Assembly: GCA_004022145.1 (NCBI GenBank)
Contig: RCNU01000006.1
Source of the DNA: Paecilomyces variotii
Taxonomy: Eukaryota
DNA length: 64,000 bases
Reading direction: 5' to 3' (one strand)
A program made the position numbers and the translations under genes. Within the stretch, counting starts at the first letter, position 1. Each line of letters starts with the position of its first letter. A model generated the notes under the pieces. The model had not been told where the DNA came from. It saw only the letters and a list, made by a program, of their open reading frames with translations, and made no database searches. Positions 10,901-23,762 of the stretch are shown one piece after another.

Positions 10901-13114
10901 TTAAGAGCTGCAGCTGCACATCATAGCTCTCTTGAAACGGGGAACGTCTCCAGTGAATCGCTCCTCTTCTTCGGGGTTCACACCCCATTTATCCTCGAAT
11001 GGATTGAGAGCCATGTGCATAACGCGGTTGAGAATATCACGCTCGCCGCGGCGCTCAACGCGTTCGATGACTTCGTCGAGGATCCATCCTCGTGGTAGGA
11101 ACTGCGGTTATGCGTCAGTATCTCTAGATACTATGAGGAGTTTATGTATGTATTTATGGGGAAGGGTAAGATTTCTAGGTAGACTTACGTTCGGGTTGAT
11201 GGCTTTCATTTGCTTCTTTCTTTCCTCGTCCTCTTCGGGTTTCCAGTCTTCGAGGACTCGTTCTCTCCAGCTGGCGAGCCATTGTCCGACTCGTTCTTTA
11301 GCGGAGTCTTCGGTGTTGCCGACGCCTCCGACGCCTTCGTTGTGGAAGAAGACACGAGCGGCCTCTTTTCGCTGTTCTTCGGTCTCGAGGTCGGCTAAGG
11401 ATAGCTCTGAGAGTCGTCTGAAGAAGTGGTTGAAATCAAGCTCTAATGCTTCTAGCGTATCGAGCAATTCGGAATTCAGCTCCTGGAAGTCAGATTCCTT
11501 GTGTGTCTTGAGACCGATCCGTTTGCCCATCAGTCGCTTGTACTCGTTCAGGAAGACAGTCCTGTACTCGTCGCCTGTCTTGCCGATGATGGTTTCAGCG
11601 CGCTTGATGAGGGTTGGGGCGAACTCTTCCGTTACGCCCTTGGTGACGAAGGTCTCTTCATCGACCTGGTCTCCAGCACCGATGAGCTCCCCGAGCGACT
11701 CCCCGAGTCTGACAAGGTTCCACCAAATAATGGTCGGCTGGTTCTTGTAACTGTACCTCAGCATATGATCATCGTGATTCGGTGTATAGCTAGAATCGAA
11801 ATTGTCCATAAAGGCAAATGGGCCGTAGTCGAGAGATAGCCCGTAGATTGAGGTATTGTCAGTGTTCAACACGCCATTCATGAAGCCGTAAGCTTGCCAG
11901 GCTGCCACGGTCTTTGCGTTTCTCCTTGCAATTTCTCGGTAGAGTCTAGTGAAACGATTCTCTTCTGCACCCTCCGGTCCCTGGATCTCGTTCTCTGGAA
12001 CATCCCTGGGGGGGTTATCCACCTCGGGGGAATCTGTAGATACGGCAGCAGGCAGAGACTTCCAGCCCTGGAAGACATCCTCGGCAATGAATGTCGCCAG
12101 TTTCCTAATCAGGTCTCGATCCCCGCGTGCACGGAGAATGTCGAAAGATCCGATCCTCAGCCAGGTCTCAGCGAAACGGGCCACGATCGCTCCGGGTTCG
12201 ATGCGTTCCCTCAAGACCTTGGATTTCGGAAGGAGAGTGAGCGAGAGCGCTCTCGTGGTAGGCACGCCCAGTGCATTTAGAGCTAGTATATGCGTTAGCT
12301 GAAGAAATGGATTGTTTCGGCTGTATTACCTTCGGAGACAATATATTCACGAATGCTCGACCGAAGAACAGCTTTGCCATCGGCAAATCTCGAGTACGGT
12401 GTCTTTCCAGCACCCTTCAACTGTAGTTCGTATCTTTTTCCCGTGGAGGGATTGACGCTCTCAAACAAGCTGATAGCACGCTATCCACTGTTAGCTTGGA
12501 AATCCGGAAATATATCCGCTTATGTTCAAGGAATGCATACACCGTCTCCCAACTGACCAGCCCATGAACCACTGCGGCTAGGTCAACTTCATGAAATCTA
12601 TTAATCGGGTACTGGCAGCATACAATTGCCAACCTTGCTTTGGTCAGTGACAGTTTTGTATTATTCATAAATTCAAGCAGAACTCACCTCCGTAGCATTG
12701 AGCCCAAGGGTAGATTCCACCATTTTCTTCATCCCAGAAGAATTTATTCCCGGCCACCAGGGCCTTGAAATCAGGGTTCTCTTCCTCTCCAGGCTTTAGA
12801 CCAAGATCTTCCATTGCTTTTGCGCTGACCCCAAGGAGTTCTGGTTCCTCGGCTGTTTCCGGGCGGACAAATGTATACATCGCGCCCTTCACGAGTCGCG
12901 GACCTAGCGTCTCCCTGGGAGCCTTGTGCGAGTCCTGCGGAGTCGGGAATGCAGGATCTGGCGGAAGCTTCGTGGTGAAGACATTGGACTTGGGTAGCTC
13001 AGATAGAGAAACCCTAGCTGCCTTTCTGGCAGCCGACTGAGAAAGATGAGACGCCATCTGGCTGAGACGGGTCTGGGTACCTCGCGAACGGAATGGGTGT
13101 GAGCAGCGAAACAT
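10901..13114 (-). CDS. selO: Protein adenylyltransferase SelO (UPF0061/Fmp40), mitochondrial, Cys homolog
   Basis: Contains [26 protein letters not shown] (rebuilt across introns), [34 protein letters not shown] and [13 protein letters not shown]...DYGPF, and ends MCSCSS*. The N-terminus is Arg-rich and presequence-like. Confidence 0.93.
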
Positions 13115-13336
13115 ATGAGAACAACTGTAAGTAAGAGCCGACTAGAACATAAAATACCGCAGCGGATGAAATGGCATGAATTTAATAAAGAAAAAGAAGG
13201 ATAAGACCCACGAGGGAGAAGGTTGTCTGAGAACTGTATAGTTCGCGGCGAATGTTGTTCATCCTCAGTTAGTTTACTTGGGAGTTTAATCGACAAGAGG
13301 CGGCGTGACATCATTTTGCCCCAGTAGCAATTGATC

Positions 13337-13361
13337 ATTACCGTAATTACCGTAATTACCG
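13337..13361. repeat. 9-bp tandem repeat (ATTACCGTA) x ~2.8
   Basis: attaccgta attaccgta attaccg, upstream of selO. Confidence 0.7.
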
Positions 13362-14147
13362 ATTCTCTACCTTATAAATAATATCAACTGGCCAACTAAT
13401 TGCTACTACTTATTTATGACAGAGGACCTTGAAAGACGAGTTCTGACAATGGTGATTCTTCTCCAATTAATTGTGTCATAGTGATATGCTATTGCACCAT
13501 ATTCTCATCCTCTAGTGGCCATCATGAAAGCCATAACTGCGCGTATCATATGTTTTAGATGTCCCTATAGCCTCTATCGTCTCGTTCTCTCTAACTATTA
13601 GCCTTCCCTGAAAGCTCAACAATGTAATTATTAATATGTTTCAGCGGCTATAGCTGGATCTTCGAGAGACAGATGGTCCATTGCCAACCGTCCCTCACTG
13701 CAGCGTATGTCATGTTAGTTCCTTGGCTATATCATCTTTTCAATCACCCCCGATATGCAGTAGACTCCTGCCCTGTTCGGTTCACTGCATGGACCCGGTC
13801 TCTTCGGAAGGACATCCTTAATTGTCATAATTGTCTGCATTACTGATTCCCCCCCGACTCGCAACGTGCTAGTTAAGTTGCACAAAATCGAATGATTATT
13901 AATCCAAAGACTTGACCTTCCTAAAGTGGGGGGGAAATGAGTCCTATTACTGACAATCGAAGACGAGTACTTCTGGCTCTGCCCCGCATCGGCCCGCTGT
14001 ATTTATCTCGGTCCTGGCCCGCGGTAGTTGTCTATCAATCAACTCCTACCATATCATATTCTAGATTCGAGCTTCTCTTGCGGAAACCGTATAACTAAGC
14101 TCGATTCCATTAGCAGATCAGTCTCTCTCTCTCCTTGACGTACCAGC

Positions 14148-14185
14148 TTCTGTTCTGTTCTGTTCTGTTCTGTTCTGTTCTGTTC
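14148..14185 (+). repeat. (TTCTG)n microsatellite in the AKR 5' leader
   Basis: About 7.6 perfect copies, ending 16 nt before the AKR ATG. Confidence 0.9.
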
Positions 14186-14201
14186 ACTTCACACGGGCAA
14201 A

Positions 14202-15206
14202 ATGGCAAACGTTATCGACTCCATTCCAACCGTCAAGCTTAACGACGGTACTGAAATCCCTGCGGTAAGCTGGTTCCAGGCCGTCTTGGCAAGAATATGT
14301 TCCTGACCTAGAAGTAGATTGGGTATGGTACCGGCACAGCCTGGTACAAGCCGAACGGTGGTGCAATCAACCGTGATCTCGTCGACGCCATCAAGGGCGC
14401 AATCAAGCTGGGATACAACCACCTCGACGGAGCAGAAGTCTACGGCAATGAGGAAGAGCTGGGTCTGGCCATCAAGGAAAGCCAAGTGCCGCGCGAGAAG
14501 CTCTTCGTTACCACAAAGGTCATCACCAACATCGCAGACATCCCCAATGCGATTGACATCAGCTTGAAAAAGCTCCAGCTTGACTATGTCGACCTGTCAG
14601 TAGCTCTTGTCACTATCCGCAAAAAGTATTCATAGGAGCGCAAGCTGACCATCATTCAGATATCTGATCCATGCTCCCTTCTTCGCTAAGTCAGATGAAG
14701 ATCTCCAGAAAGCCTGGGCTGAAATGGAAAAGGTGAAAGAATCCGGAAAGGCGAGGTCAATTGGTGTATCCAACTACCTGCAGAGCCATATCGAAGCCAC
14801 TTTGAAGACGGCCAAGGTCCAACCTTCCATCAATCAGATCGAATTCCACCCATATCTACAACACGGAAACCTCGTTCCTTTCCACAAAGAAAATGGTATC
14901 GCAACAGCGAGCTATGGCCCCTTGACCCCGGTCACTCGGGCCAAGGGTGGTCCTCTGGACGGCCTGCTGTCATCGTTGGCCAAGAAATACGCAGTCAGTG
15001 AAGGAGATATCCTTCTGCGATGGTCCATCCAACGTGGTGACGTAGTCATCACGACGAGTGGCAAAGAATCCCGATTGAACGAGTACCTACGCGCGTTACT
15101 GTTCAAATTGACACCCAAAGAGGTGGACGAGATCTCAGAGCTCGGACAGCAGAAGCACTACAGAGCTTTCTGGCAAGACAAGTTCGCGGCTGACGACCGC
15201 TCGTAG
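14202..15206 (+). CDS. Aldo-keto reductase (NADPH-dependent ketoreductase family)
   Basis: Starts [30 protein letters not shown] (intron 14265-14317). Has catalytic-tetrad motifs [14 protein letters not shown] and YLIHAP, then RSIGVSNY and INQIEFHPY. Confidence 0.92.
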
Positions 15207-17004
15207 AACGCGTGTCTGTTAGCATGATAGGACCTCAGGGGATGATTGTCCGAAATTTGCACTTCGCAGCACCACTGGGCTGGTGCCTTTATTTCTAGAC
15301 ATGGAATGTATGTATATTGTTCGAATTGACACATTTCATGTGCATGCCTTTCTTTAGCACCGAGAGGCCATGCTACATGCTCAATTCAACGATAGTGCTT
15401 CACCAGAATGGCCGTATCGGCGTCGCACTGAGTCGATATAATCGAGAGGCTAGATGTTCAATCGCGAATGTGACGACGTACTATTAGAGTGAGGCTAAGC
15501 CACCACGCACGGTTTGCGAGGAGGCGGGGTGGTTATGGGGTGGCTTCGCCCCCAAAAACAGCCCCAATGATCAGCTTCCAGGGTCCTCCGATGTTTCAAT
15601 GGATAACTTGTACATGGGTATCAAGTATTGGTGATATGACTGAGGTCTATTAAACCATGTAATACTGGAGAGTAGGTACCTCCATGTAGTAAACACAAGG
15701 AACAATCTACTTCCTTTCTTGGAATATTGATTGTAAACAAGCGCCTTGTGGATATGGACGTACATACATTATCCGGTGCATAAAATTGTGAGCAGTCATG
15801 GTCAAGCCGGGCGAATTAGGCCAATCTCTGCAGGGTTTCGGTAGCAGACAGGGAGCGTTCCTGCAAGGGTTGATTGACTGAGGCATGGATATCTTATCGC
15901 AGAATACTATCTATCCTCGTCCGTGATGCCACCAACGCGATCAAAGGGGACGCTGGATTGAAGATGTGGATTCTACCGTAAAGAAGAAAAAGAAGAGAGA
16001 AGTTCAGTTGATCAGATGGTGTGGAAGGGAGTTTATTTACTGCTCTTCAGAGGCCTCGCATGCACAAGTTGCGTTGCACAAATAATAAATAAATAAATAA
16101 TGGTCCAGTCCAGCGCAGGCGTAGACTAAAGTAATGCCGTGACAGCGTGATCAGCGCCCCATCTCGGCACTGCCCGCCCTCCAGCATCGACCGCCTGTTC
16201 ACGCAGTCGGGGCCATTATCGATCTCCCATCTGGCAAGCTACGTGGGTTGATACTGCTGTGGTAGCTAGTTGTGCTATCTAACGCGACCCATGCTGCAAT
16301 AATCGCTCCTCTTCCGCTCGTCCTTCCCACGCCTCCTCCGATAACGCACCGACCGCAATTATCCCCGTACCACCTGTCTGCCGCGTCCCAGCTCCGAAAG
16401 AACTATTCCATGGCATCTAGTCCCAACGCCTGCTGTGCAATTCTCCGATAGATCTGGGTGGCTATTGGCTTGTCAGCAGCTTGGCCTCGAAATTGATGGA
16501 CCGTCGGATGTGATATCGCTCTCCTCGAAGAACAGAAGCCTTGTCGGGGGAGGGGGAGCCTACTGTTGATCATATCTTCGCGACGACTTGGACAGTACTC
16601 GAGTACCGATGTATCTGATCGAGCCCTCTCTCAGTGCAGCTTGATCGCCTTCACTGTGCCAGGGTCTCCCTCAGATTACCGCGGGTACTTTCCGCCGTGA
16701 ATGGATCTCGCCGCGCCCATTCACTGCGACTGCGACAATAACCGTTCCTACTGATCTATTGACCTACGAATACCCTGCCATGATCCTTGAGACCTATTGA
16801 GCCTGCATATAGCGACCTGGTCGATTCACCCTTGTGCGCCACTTTATGGAATCTCTGGATGTCTGACTTTAACGACTGCATCTATCATCTGCCACGTCAA
16901 GGAAACAAATGATCTCGCGAAAATAGGGTATATTCTTGTTGCATCTTACGTCCTGAACTTCGATTGGCATTTTCCTATAGTCTCCAGGTCCTAGTTGGAT
17001 TGCA

Positions 17005-19395
17005 ATGTCGGCTCAAACAACGACTTATTCCCACGAAAAGAACGAAGACATCCCCCGATTTACTACGAAGGGACCCCACAACACTGAGCCAGATTCGGTC
17101 GACAAGCGGCTAAAGGACCTGAGGGACAAAGTCTTGCCTGTTTATCCTTTCCTCCTAACCGTCCCATCGGACGTGCCGTTTCGCCTTGGAGATCGATACG
17201 TCAATAATTGGGCGGTGGGAACGGACGGTCCATTCAAACCGGAAGAACAGCAACTACAGTACATGACATTTTTGACCCATTCGGAAGGCGATTCTTTACT
17301 GGTTGCTGTTGGCGATTGGTCAGATGACAGTGGGAATATCATGGCTGAAGACGATTCCAAACCTACAAGTGTGACCAGTGCTGCCAGTACCCCCCTCACT
17401 GGCGCGACCAAGAAAAAGATCAGTCTAAGTGACTACAAAAGCAAAAAGATAACCAGTGGTCAAACTACCTCTGGAAATCAGGGTGCTATTGACGGTGCTG
17501 CACCGGCGCCTGACACTCCAAAAAACCATGCGCGTATTTCCAAGCAAGCTACAAATGACAGTTCTGTCCCGCAAACAGACAGCCCCAAGCGGTCGAAGCC
17601 GCATATTCATACTGAAGATGGCGCTCCACGCCGTAAACGGTCCGTGGAGCCTGAATCGAAGCCTTCGAAGGAAGAGGATCGGAGGCACGGTGGACGATCT
17701 CCTAAGAAACCGCGATTGTCTCCCCTGAAAACTGAGTCTGGTGATGGTTCCCAGACTAATGGCGCAACCCATGCCCTTCCAGCTCTTCTCTCACCGACCC
17801 TCCCACCAGTTCCTGTCAGTCCGAAACTTCCACAATTGCTCTCGCCTACACTTCCGCCAGATATCGAAGAGGAGCTCTCAAAACTACGAGACGAGTCTCC
17901 CATTACGAATATTCATGCCAAAGACAGATCACCAATTCCACCTCGAACATCCAAACACGATCCAGATGGAAGGCGTCCGCATTCCGGATCGCTTGCAAGC
18001 TCAAAGAACCCTAATATCAATAATAAAGCAGTGCACACACATAATCGATCAACATCCGGTTCGAAAACAGTGGCCCATGATCCTCGAGAATCCTCGGGCA
18101 GTACGGGTAGGAAAATGCCTAGCAGCACACATGGAACCGACAGCCCAAGCTCTAAAACTCGCCTTATTGTCAAACTGAAGTACGGCCGATCGAATAGGAA
18201 ACGGGTTGAGGCTCTTCTCAAATTTTCAGGGAAGAGGAAGGCGGCCGGCGACAGTGCACGCTCGAATCTGGCGGAAGATCACGATTCTAGGGATAACAGA
18301 ACCAAGAAAGATCTGTCTTTATCAAAGCTTCAAGGCGACAGACGGCAAAGGCTTGTTGAGAGTGATGATTATCAAGACATGCCTAGGAAACGTCCAAAAA
18401 CGGTAGCGCCAGGATCTGCTTCTCCGAGTTCACCAGTTCCTGCCTCTGATGCTACCGGACATCACTCGCGTTCCTTCAAGTCAGTAACTTCTGCACCGAA
18501 AAGAGACGCCAGGGGGGGCTCCTCACGACATCCTGATCCAGAAGACACTGAAGCCAGGTCGCAATTGGCCGGCAAGACCACTCCTCTACACCCAGAGAGA
18601 AGCACACGGGCGTCCCCTCCGCTGTCGAGAGAAAGCAAGCCCACGCATAGTCGGGATCGCGAACGGCGAGCATGGCGAGACGAGTACCAGAAATATGCTG
18701 GTCTGGGAAGGGAGCTGAAACACGCTGCCAGTCGACAGACAACAGACGCAAAACTCGCTGCGGCTACTGCTGTGGAAGCGATTCTTTGCTTCATCCTCGC
18801 GTTCATTGCGGACGACAGATGCAAGACAATCACTCGTCAGGTCCCAGATTCGACCAATTGGCGATCCATTCTAGCATACTGGCGTGTAGTCACCAAAAAC
18901 AGCGTCGCATATCCCCATCTTCATAGTCTCTGTCTTCTTCTGGGTGCCATCTCCCACGATACCATTCATGCCCTTGATCTCGAGCGTCTCGCAGTCAGCC
19001 CACTTCCTGGAGAACACAGTCCAGTGCCCACTCCAGGGAGTGACGGGCATACTGTCACAGCGGACGAGAGCAAGAAATACAAGTCAGAATTCCTCGAGCT
19101 GAAAGCCCGCCTTCCGGAATACTATAAGGAAGCTCTACGGCTCTGGCTAGAGGGAGCTCGTAAGCTTTCAGACGAGACACTGAAGCACGAGTTTCCCAGT
19201 ACATGGTCCAAACGCTCTGGAGACTATCTCGATCGGGGCAAAGAGCCATTAAAACTGGGGTCATACTCTGGTCGATTCTTTCTACCACTAGGAAGGACGA
19301 CCACGCCGTTAGAAGCGGTTCGATTCGGTTTTGCAGTTCTCAGCGAGTGGTGCCAAAAGGAAGGTGTGGATTGGCACGGTCGGCTGCAATTATGA
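17005..19395 (+). CDS. Conserved nuclear low-complexity protein; possibly Ebp1/AFF4-like with C-terminal helical domain
   Basis: Intronless 796-aa ORF with KKKISLSDYK, an NLS-like RSPKKPRLSP, repeated LPxLLSPTLPP and a folded C-terminus (GRELKHAA...AVEAILCFILAF). The family assignment is from memory of similar proteins. Confidence 0.6.
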   Translation: MSAQTTTYSHEKNEDIPRFTTKGPHNTEPDSVDKRLKDLRDKVLPVYPFLLTVPSDVPFRLGDRYVNNWAVGTDGPFKPEEQQLQYMTFLTHSEGDSLLVAVGDWSDDSGNIMAEDDSKPTSVTSAASTPLTGATKKKISLSDYKSKKITSGQTTSGNQGAIDGAAPAPDTPKNHARISKQATNDSSVPQTDSPKRSKPHIHTEDGAPRRKRSVEPESKPSKEEDRRHGGRSPKKPRLSPLKTESGDGSQTNGATHALPALLSPTLPPVPVSPKLPQLLSPTLPPDIEEELSKLRDESPITNIHAKDRSPIPPRTSKHDPDGRRPHSGSLASSKNPNINNKAVHTHNRSTSGSKTVAHDPRESSGSTGRKMPSSTHGTDSPSSKTRLIVKLKYGRSNRKRVEALLKFSGKRKAAGDSARSNLAEDHDSRDNRTKKDLSLSKLQGDRRQRLVESDDYQDMPRKRPKTVAPGSASPSSPVPASDATGHHSRSFKSVTSAPKRDARGGSSRHPDPEDTEARSQLAGKTTPLHPERSTRASPPLSRESKPTHSRDRERRAWRDEYQKYAGLGRELKHAASRQTTDAKLAAATAVEAILCFILAFIADDRCKTITRQVPDSTNWRSILAYWRVVTKNSVAYPHLHSLCLLLGAISHDTIHALDLERLAVSPLPGEHSPVPTPGSDGHTVTADESKKYKSEFLELKARLPEYYKEALRLWLEGARKLSDETLKHEFPSTWSKRSGDYLDRGKEPLKLGSYSGRFFLPLGRTTTPLEAVRFGFAVLSEWCQKEGVDWHGRLQL

Positions 19396-20560
19396 TTCCA
19401 TTGTTGTTTTCCCTTTTCCCTTTCTTTTTTCACTCTATTCCAGTTATTTATCCCTGGAGATCCGGCGTCTAGTTTTTTGTTTTTTTGGCGGGCAAAGCCT
19501 CCTCTTACTTAAACTTAAGCATGTGTTATTGTTGTTCTTTTTTTCCCTTGTTATCTGTTATTTTTTTTTTTTTTGCCTTCTGCTTCGTTTCGTTCTATTG
19601 TGTAAATGATACCACTGTTTATTTTCTTTTCTTTTCTTTTTCTTTTCTCTTTACCTTTTTGTGCTTACTTACTTACAACAATTATCTTTGAACCGGCTCA
19701 GAAAGGGCAGCTAGTTAGTTAGGTATTATATTAGTTTTCTTATGGTATAGTACCTAATGAAATGGAAGTGATATATATATACACACATGTATCTTCGGTG
19801 TTAGCTTCATGTTTAATTGTATTGATTTGGAGCGTGTTGTATAAATCACGAGGAAAGGAATATATTTATAGTTATATGATCTAAGTATTTGGCAGTGTTC
19901 TATCGAATCGTATCCTTATCTAGAGAATGTATAGAATGTATAGAGAGAGAGAGAGAGGGTGATATCCACATAATATATGATAAAGAACAGAGGATAATAA
20001 AGTAAACCCTTGATAGTTAGTATCAGTTTTTTAATTTAATTTGATTCTCTCTTTAATTCTCTAAGTGTGTTGAATTCGATAGTCTCCTAGTTAATAACCA
20101 TCATGACATGATAATGATCATTCTCCAAAAAGAAATCAAAAACGCCCTAACTAATCTACCCGAAAAGTGAGAAAGAAGTATTTTGAAAGTCCTTCGAGGA
20201 TAAGGAAAGGAAACGGAAGGAAAGAAAATGAATAGGGCAGAGCAAACACATGAATCGTTTCATTTCAAAAAACGTGGAGAGGCTAAGATCGTTCGTTTAA
20301 CATCACAGAATAATGAAGAGACAGCGAACGCCTGGGACCGGACCGAACCGAACTGAATCGAGCCGCAATGGAATGAGTTTGGGTACTCTCTAACCAGAGG
20401 GATAGGTAGATAGATAGAGAGAGGAACGGGAATGGAGATAGGAGATGGATGCATGAATACATGAATGCATCCTAGCTACGCATCCGTACATTCCTTGAGG
20501 CGCCATGACACCGTGGATATTGACAATGACATGACAAGCTACCTAGGTGATAATGTAATA

Positions 20561-22958
20561 TCAGACGCGGTTCCATTGTGCATGATCCCGAGTTTCTGCG
20601 CGCCAGTCGTCTCCAAACAGCCATCCGGCTTCACGGCAATACCGGGCCTCGCGGCTCGAGGCCCCGACTTCAATGCCCCAGCAGACAACGGCGGCATCGA
20701 CAATGTCTGCAATAACTCCCTCCATCGCACCGAGGACGCCCCACCCGATGGCGCCGGCAATCAGTCCCACAATATAGGCGTAGAGACTTCCGCGGATTGT
20801 GCCGCTAGTCTCAGCAACCCGAAGAGTCCGAGCGGTCGTGACCCATCCGCCAAAACCAAGAGCAAGTGACATCATGAAACGAGTGGCATGCAGGACGAGT
20901 TTGGAGAGTCTGTAGGGCAGAAGAGGGACGTGCTCGCTTCTTTGTCTTGAAAAGGAACGAGGTTGTAGTGTAGTACCGGGTGTTGCGGGAGCAAGGAAGG
21001 TCATTTGAGATAGACCGTGAGCAGAGATAGCAAGCGGTCGAGAGTGGATGGCAGCATATGTCAGTGCTAAGGGGTTGGTAAGAGCGCTTATCGGAGTGGG
21101 AATAATGGAATAGGCAACTAGTGTGATTATGGATGATATACGTCGAGGGAATATAACCAGCGGCAGCCGGACTAGCAACCGGAGCAAGCTCGACAAGCAG
21201 ACAGTGCCAAAGAGCGTCGTAGCAGAGTGTACAAATGCTGCGTGCACAATCTGCCGCGAGGTGGGTGCAGGAACTGCGAGACGGTGGAAATACCACTGGC
21301 TGACTGTTGCGGCGGTGACAGAACGCTGCAACCCAGCAATGGCACCAAGAGACCAGAGGTAGACGAAGATGAAATAGACCGCTAACCACCAGGTAGTCAG
21401 GTCTATGACAAAGTTCTTCGGCCCCAGAAAGTGACCGCCCAGGAATACCCGAGTAAACATGAGCATCCATATCCAGGTCCAGGTGACAACGGTGAGGAGA
21501 ACAGCGAAGCCCAGAGCAAGCAGTGCAGGGTTCGCAACAAGGATCCGACAGGCAAACTCCAAGATATTAATCGCCTTTCCAGTGGCGTGGCGGCCTTTGA
21601 TCACAGTGTAAACCCAGGCGCTGGCCAAGAGGAACGGAACCAGAGAACCGAACCGCATCACCTTGTCCTGCACACTTGTCCCATGCCACGAGCCCTTGAA
21701 GCTGGAGATGAACGGGTATAACGAGAACGAGAACAGAATCACCGGTACAGCTACGATCATCGCATACACCAAGTGGCGCACATAGTACCGCAGTAATGCA
21801 AGCCATAACAAGGACACAAAGATCGAGACAAATGTATAGATGGTCAACAGAAAAAGAGATCCATGAATTGCTGTATAAACGGTATCACCCCATTTGCTCG
21901 GGTCTTCAGACGGAGCAGAAGTATGCAGATATACCAGGAACGCCGTGGCAAAGAGACCAGCCAGGCAAAGCAAGAAGAGGTGGCCCCAGAAGGCGTCATG
22001 GGACGGCGGTTCCGACTCCGGCTGTGCCATGGAGGGAGGCAGAGACGCCGTAGGACTGGACGGCCTCGCATGATCTAGCAATGTTTGCTTATCCGGATCC
22101 TCATGAACAGGAAAAGGACTGGTCTGAAAGTTGTCTCCAGAGTCCCGAGGCTGTTTGCGAAACTGCTGGATCACCGGCGGCTCTTCCTCCGTGAAATCGG
22201 GGATCCCGCCAGGCTCGATCTCTTGCAGATCACTCCTCAGAGTATCCTCCAGGCCTACATCGACCATTTTCCCTTTCCCAGTGGCACCGCTGCTCCGACT
22301 CACCGTGTCGGCAGGCTCATTTTCGTCTTCTTCCGGAAGCAGATCGATCTGCACATTCCGGCGGGTCGTAGCCCTCCCAGCACGCCAGGAACTCCGTATC
22401 CCACCTGGTCGGTCAAATGCATGTCCATGACCGGAATGGTCTTCGCCCGAAGCCTCTGAGCTTCCTCCATCATCCTCCAGCTCAGATGACTGCTCTAACT
22501 GGCTGGAACCAAAGTGACGGCGCGACCTCTGCAATGCGTATAGATCCGCAATCTCGCGCTCATGTTCCAGCTCATCGTCCTCTTCCCGAAATTCGTCCGT
22601 AGCACTGTAGAAGAGAGGGGCCGGTTGCGCTGACATCCGCGAAGCAAAAGGGAAGTGTGACGTCTGGGAGGAAGCCGGCTGATACGGGTTGCCCATGGCT
22701 CGTTGTAGATAAGACCGGGAGGCGGGGAAGCGCGAGCTGCCCTGATATTGTCGTCTCTGGCGATCAGATCCATTATTTCGACCTGTGTCTTCTGGTACAT
22801 GCGCTATACGAGACTGGGACTGAGCGAGGAAACGAGACGCATCTAAAAAAAACGTGTGAGCAATCGCCAGCAGCAAACGGGCCAGGCAGTGTCTCGTGTG
22901 AGAAATTAGGCAGAGGCCGGAAGTGTCTGGGATATTTCTACATACATTCTGAGAACAT
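20561..22958 (-). CDS. Choline transporter-like (CTL/SLC44, Pns1-related) membrane protein
   Basis: A 13-nt first exon (22946-22958) plus intron 22843-22945 gives MFSEYASRFLAQSQSR. About 10 TM segments follow, with TAATVSQWYF, FGTVCLSSLL and YAAIHSRPL motifs. Confidence 0.85.
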
Positions 22959-23762
22959 GATGTTCTCGAAGCACCGGTCAGTGGAGCGAGACTTTCCGAT
23001 ATCTCTCTTCCCCAAGGTGCCTGGGCGAGGCTTCTGGAAATGGTCATACAAAAAGAAGGCAAGGCAACCTCAGGAAGAAGTCCGGGGTTCTCTTGCGGTG
23101 AGCAGCGACCGCCGAGAGCTGTTACAAGCTACCCGGAATACAGTAAGGGGGAACAGGGCCAGCATGAAATAGGGCGACCAGCGTCAGGAGCTAGGACCAG
23201 GTGCCACGGGGGAAGAACGAAATAGATCAAATAATATCAGGACCGCGAGGCTTGTGTCGAGTGAGAATCATTACAGAAGTGCACGAGATCGAGTGGGACG
23301 AAGACGAAGACGAAGACGGAAGTATGAGCGTCAGGCGAGAGAGCATCGATGACTCAGCACGTCAGTAGCTTCACGCGCGCCACGACAAACGAACAACCAG
23401 CTGGTCCGGTTGAGAGCCAAATTGTCCACCGTTGTGATCAATAATAAGAAGAAGAAGTTCAACTGTCTCTTGCACATCACTTATGTCGGTGGCATCTGTC
23501 ACTCAGCCGCTGTGCAACTCCCCATCACATCACACTGTCTGCCATCACAAGGCCAGAGCATGAGGCTAGACGGCTCCTTATCACCTTCCTCCCGCCGATA
23601 AGTTAGCAGCAGCTAATTCAATACTTACTTACTACTACTAGTTGATCATCCTTACAGAGGGCTAGGCTGCAATCAAGCTTTCTCACAGGCACCAGTTCGT
23701 GGAATTCATACATATATCACCCAATCTAGCCCCCCCCAAAGCCCCAGAGAGACAGGATCTCT

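Noticed and set aside
10901-10920. Selenocysteine/SECIS in SelO
   Set aside because: The C-terminus is CSCSS with TGC codons and a TAA stop, so this is the ordinary Cys homolog.
10932-11750. 272-aa plus-strand ORF and other long antisense ORFs
   Set aside because: They are shadow frames of well-supported genes (here selO) with no domain features.
15204-15230. Stop-codon readthrough to a cryptic PTS1 (checked for the AKR and several other genes)
   Set aside because: There is no TGA-CTA context, and the extensions do not end in SKL-like tripeptides.
19400-20260. Very AT-rich, T-tract region as a possible transposon or centromeric relic
   Set aside because: It lies between convergent 3' ends and is low-complexity only, with no terminal repeats or coding relic.
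22959-23062. 833-aa version of the CTL transporter in the ORF track
   Set aside because: It starts at a TTG and reads through a clear intron (22843-22945). The spliced MFSEYASRF start is more credible.
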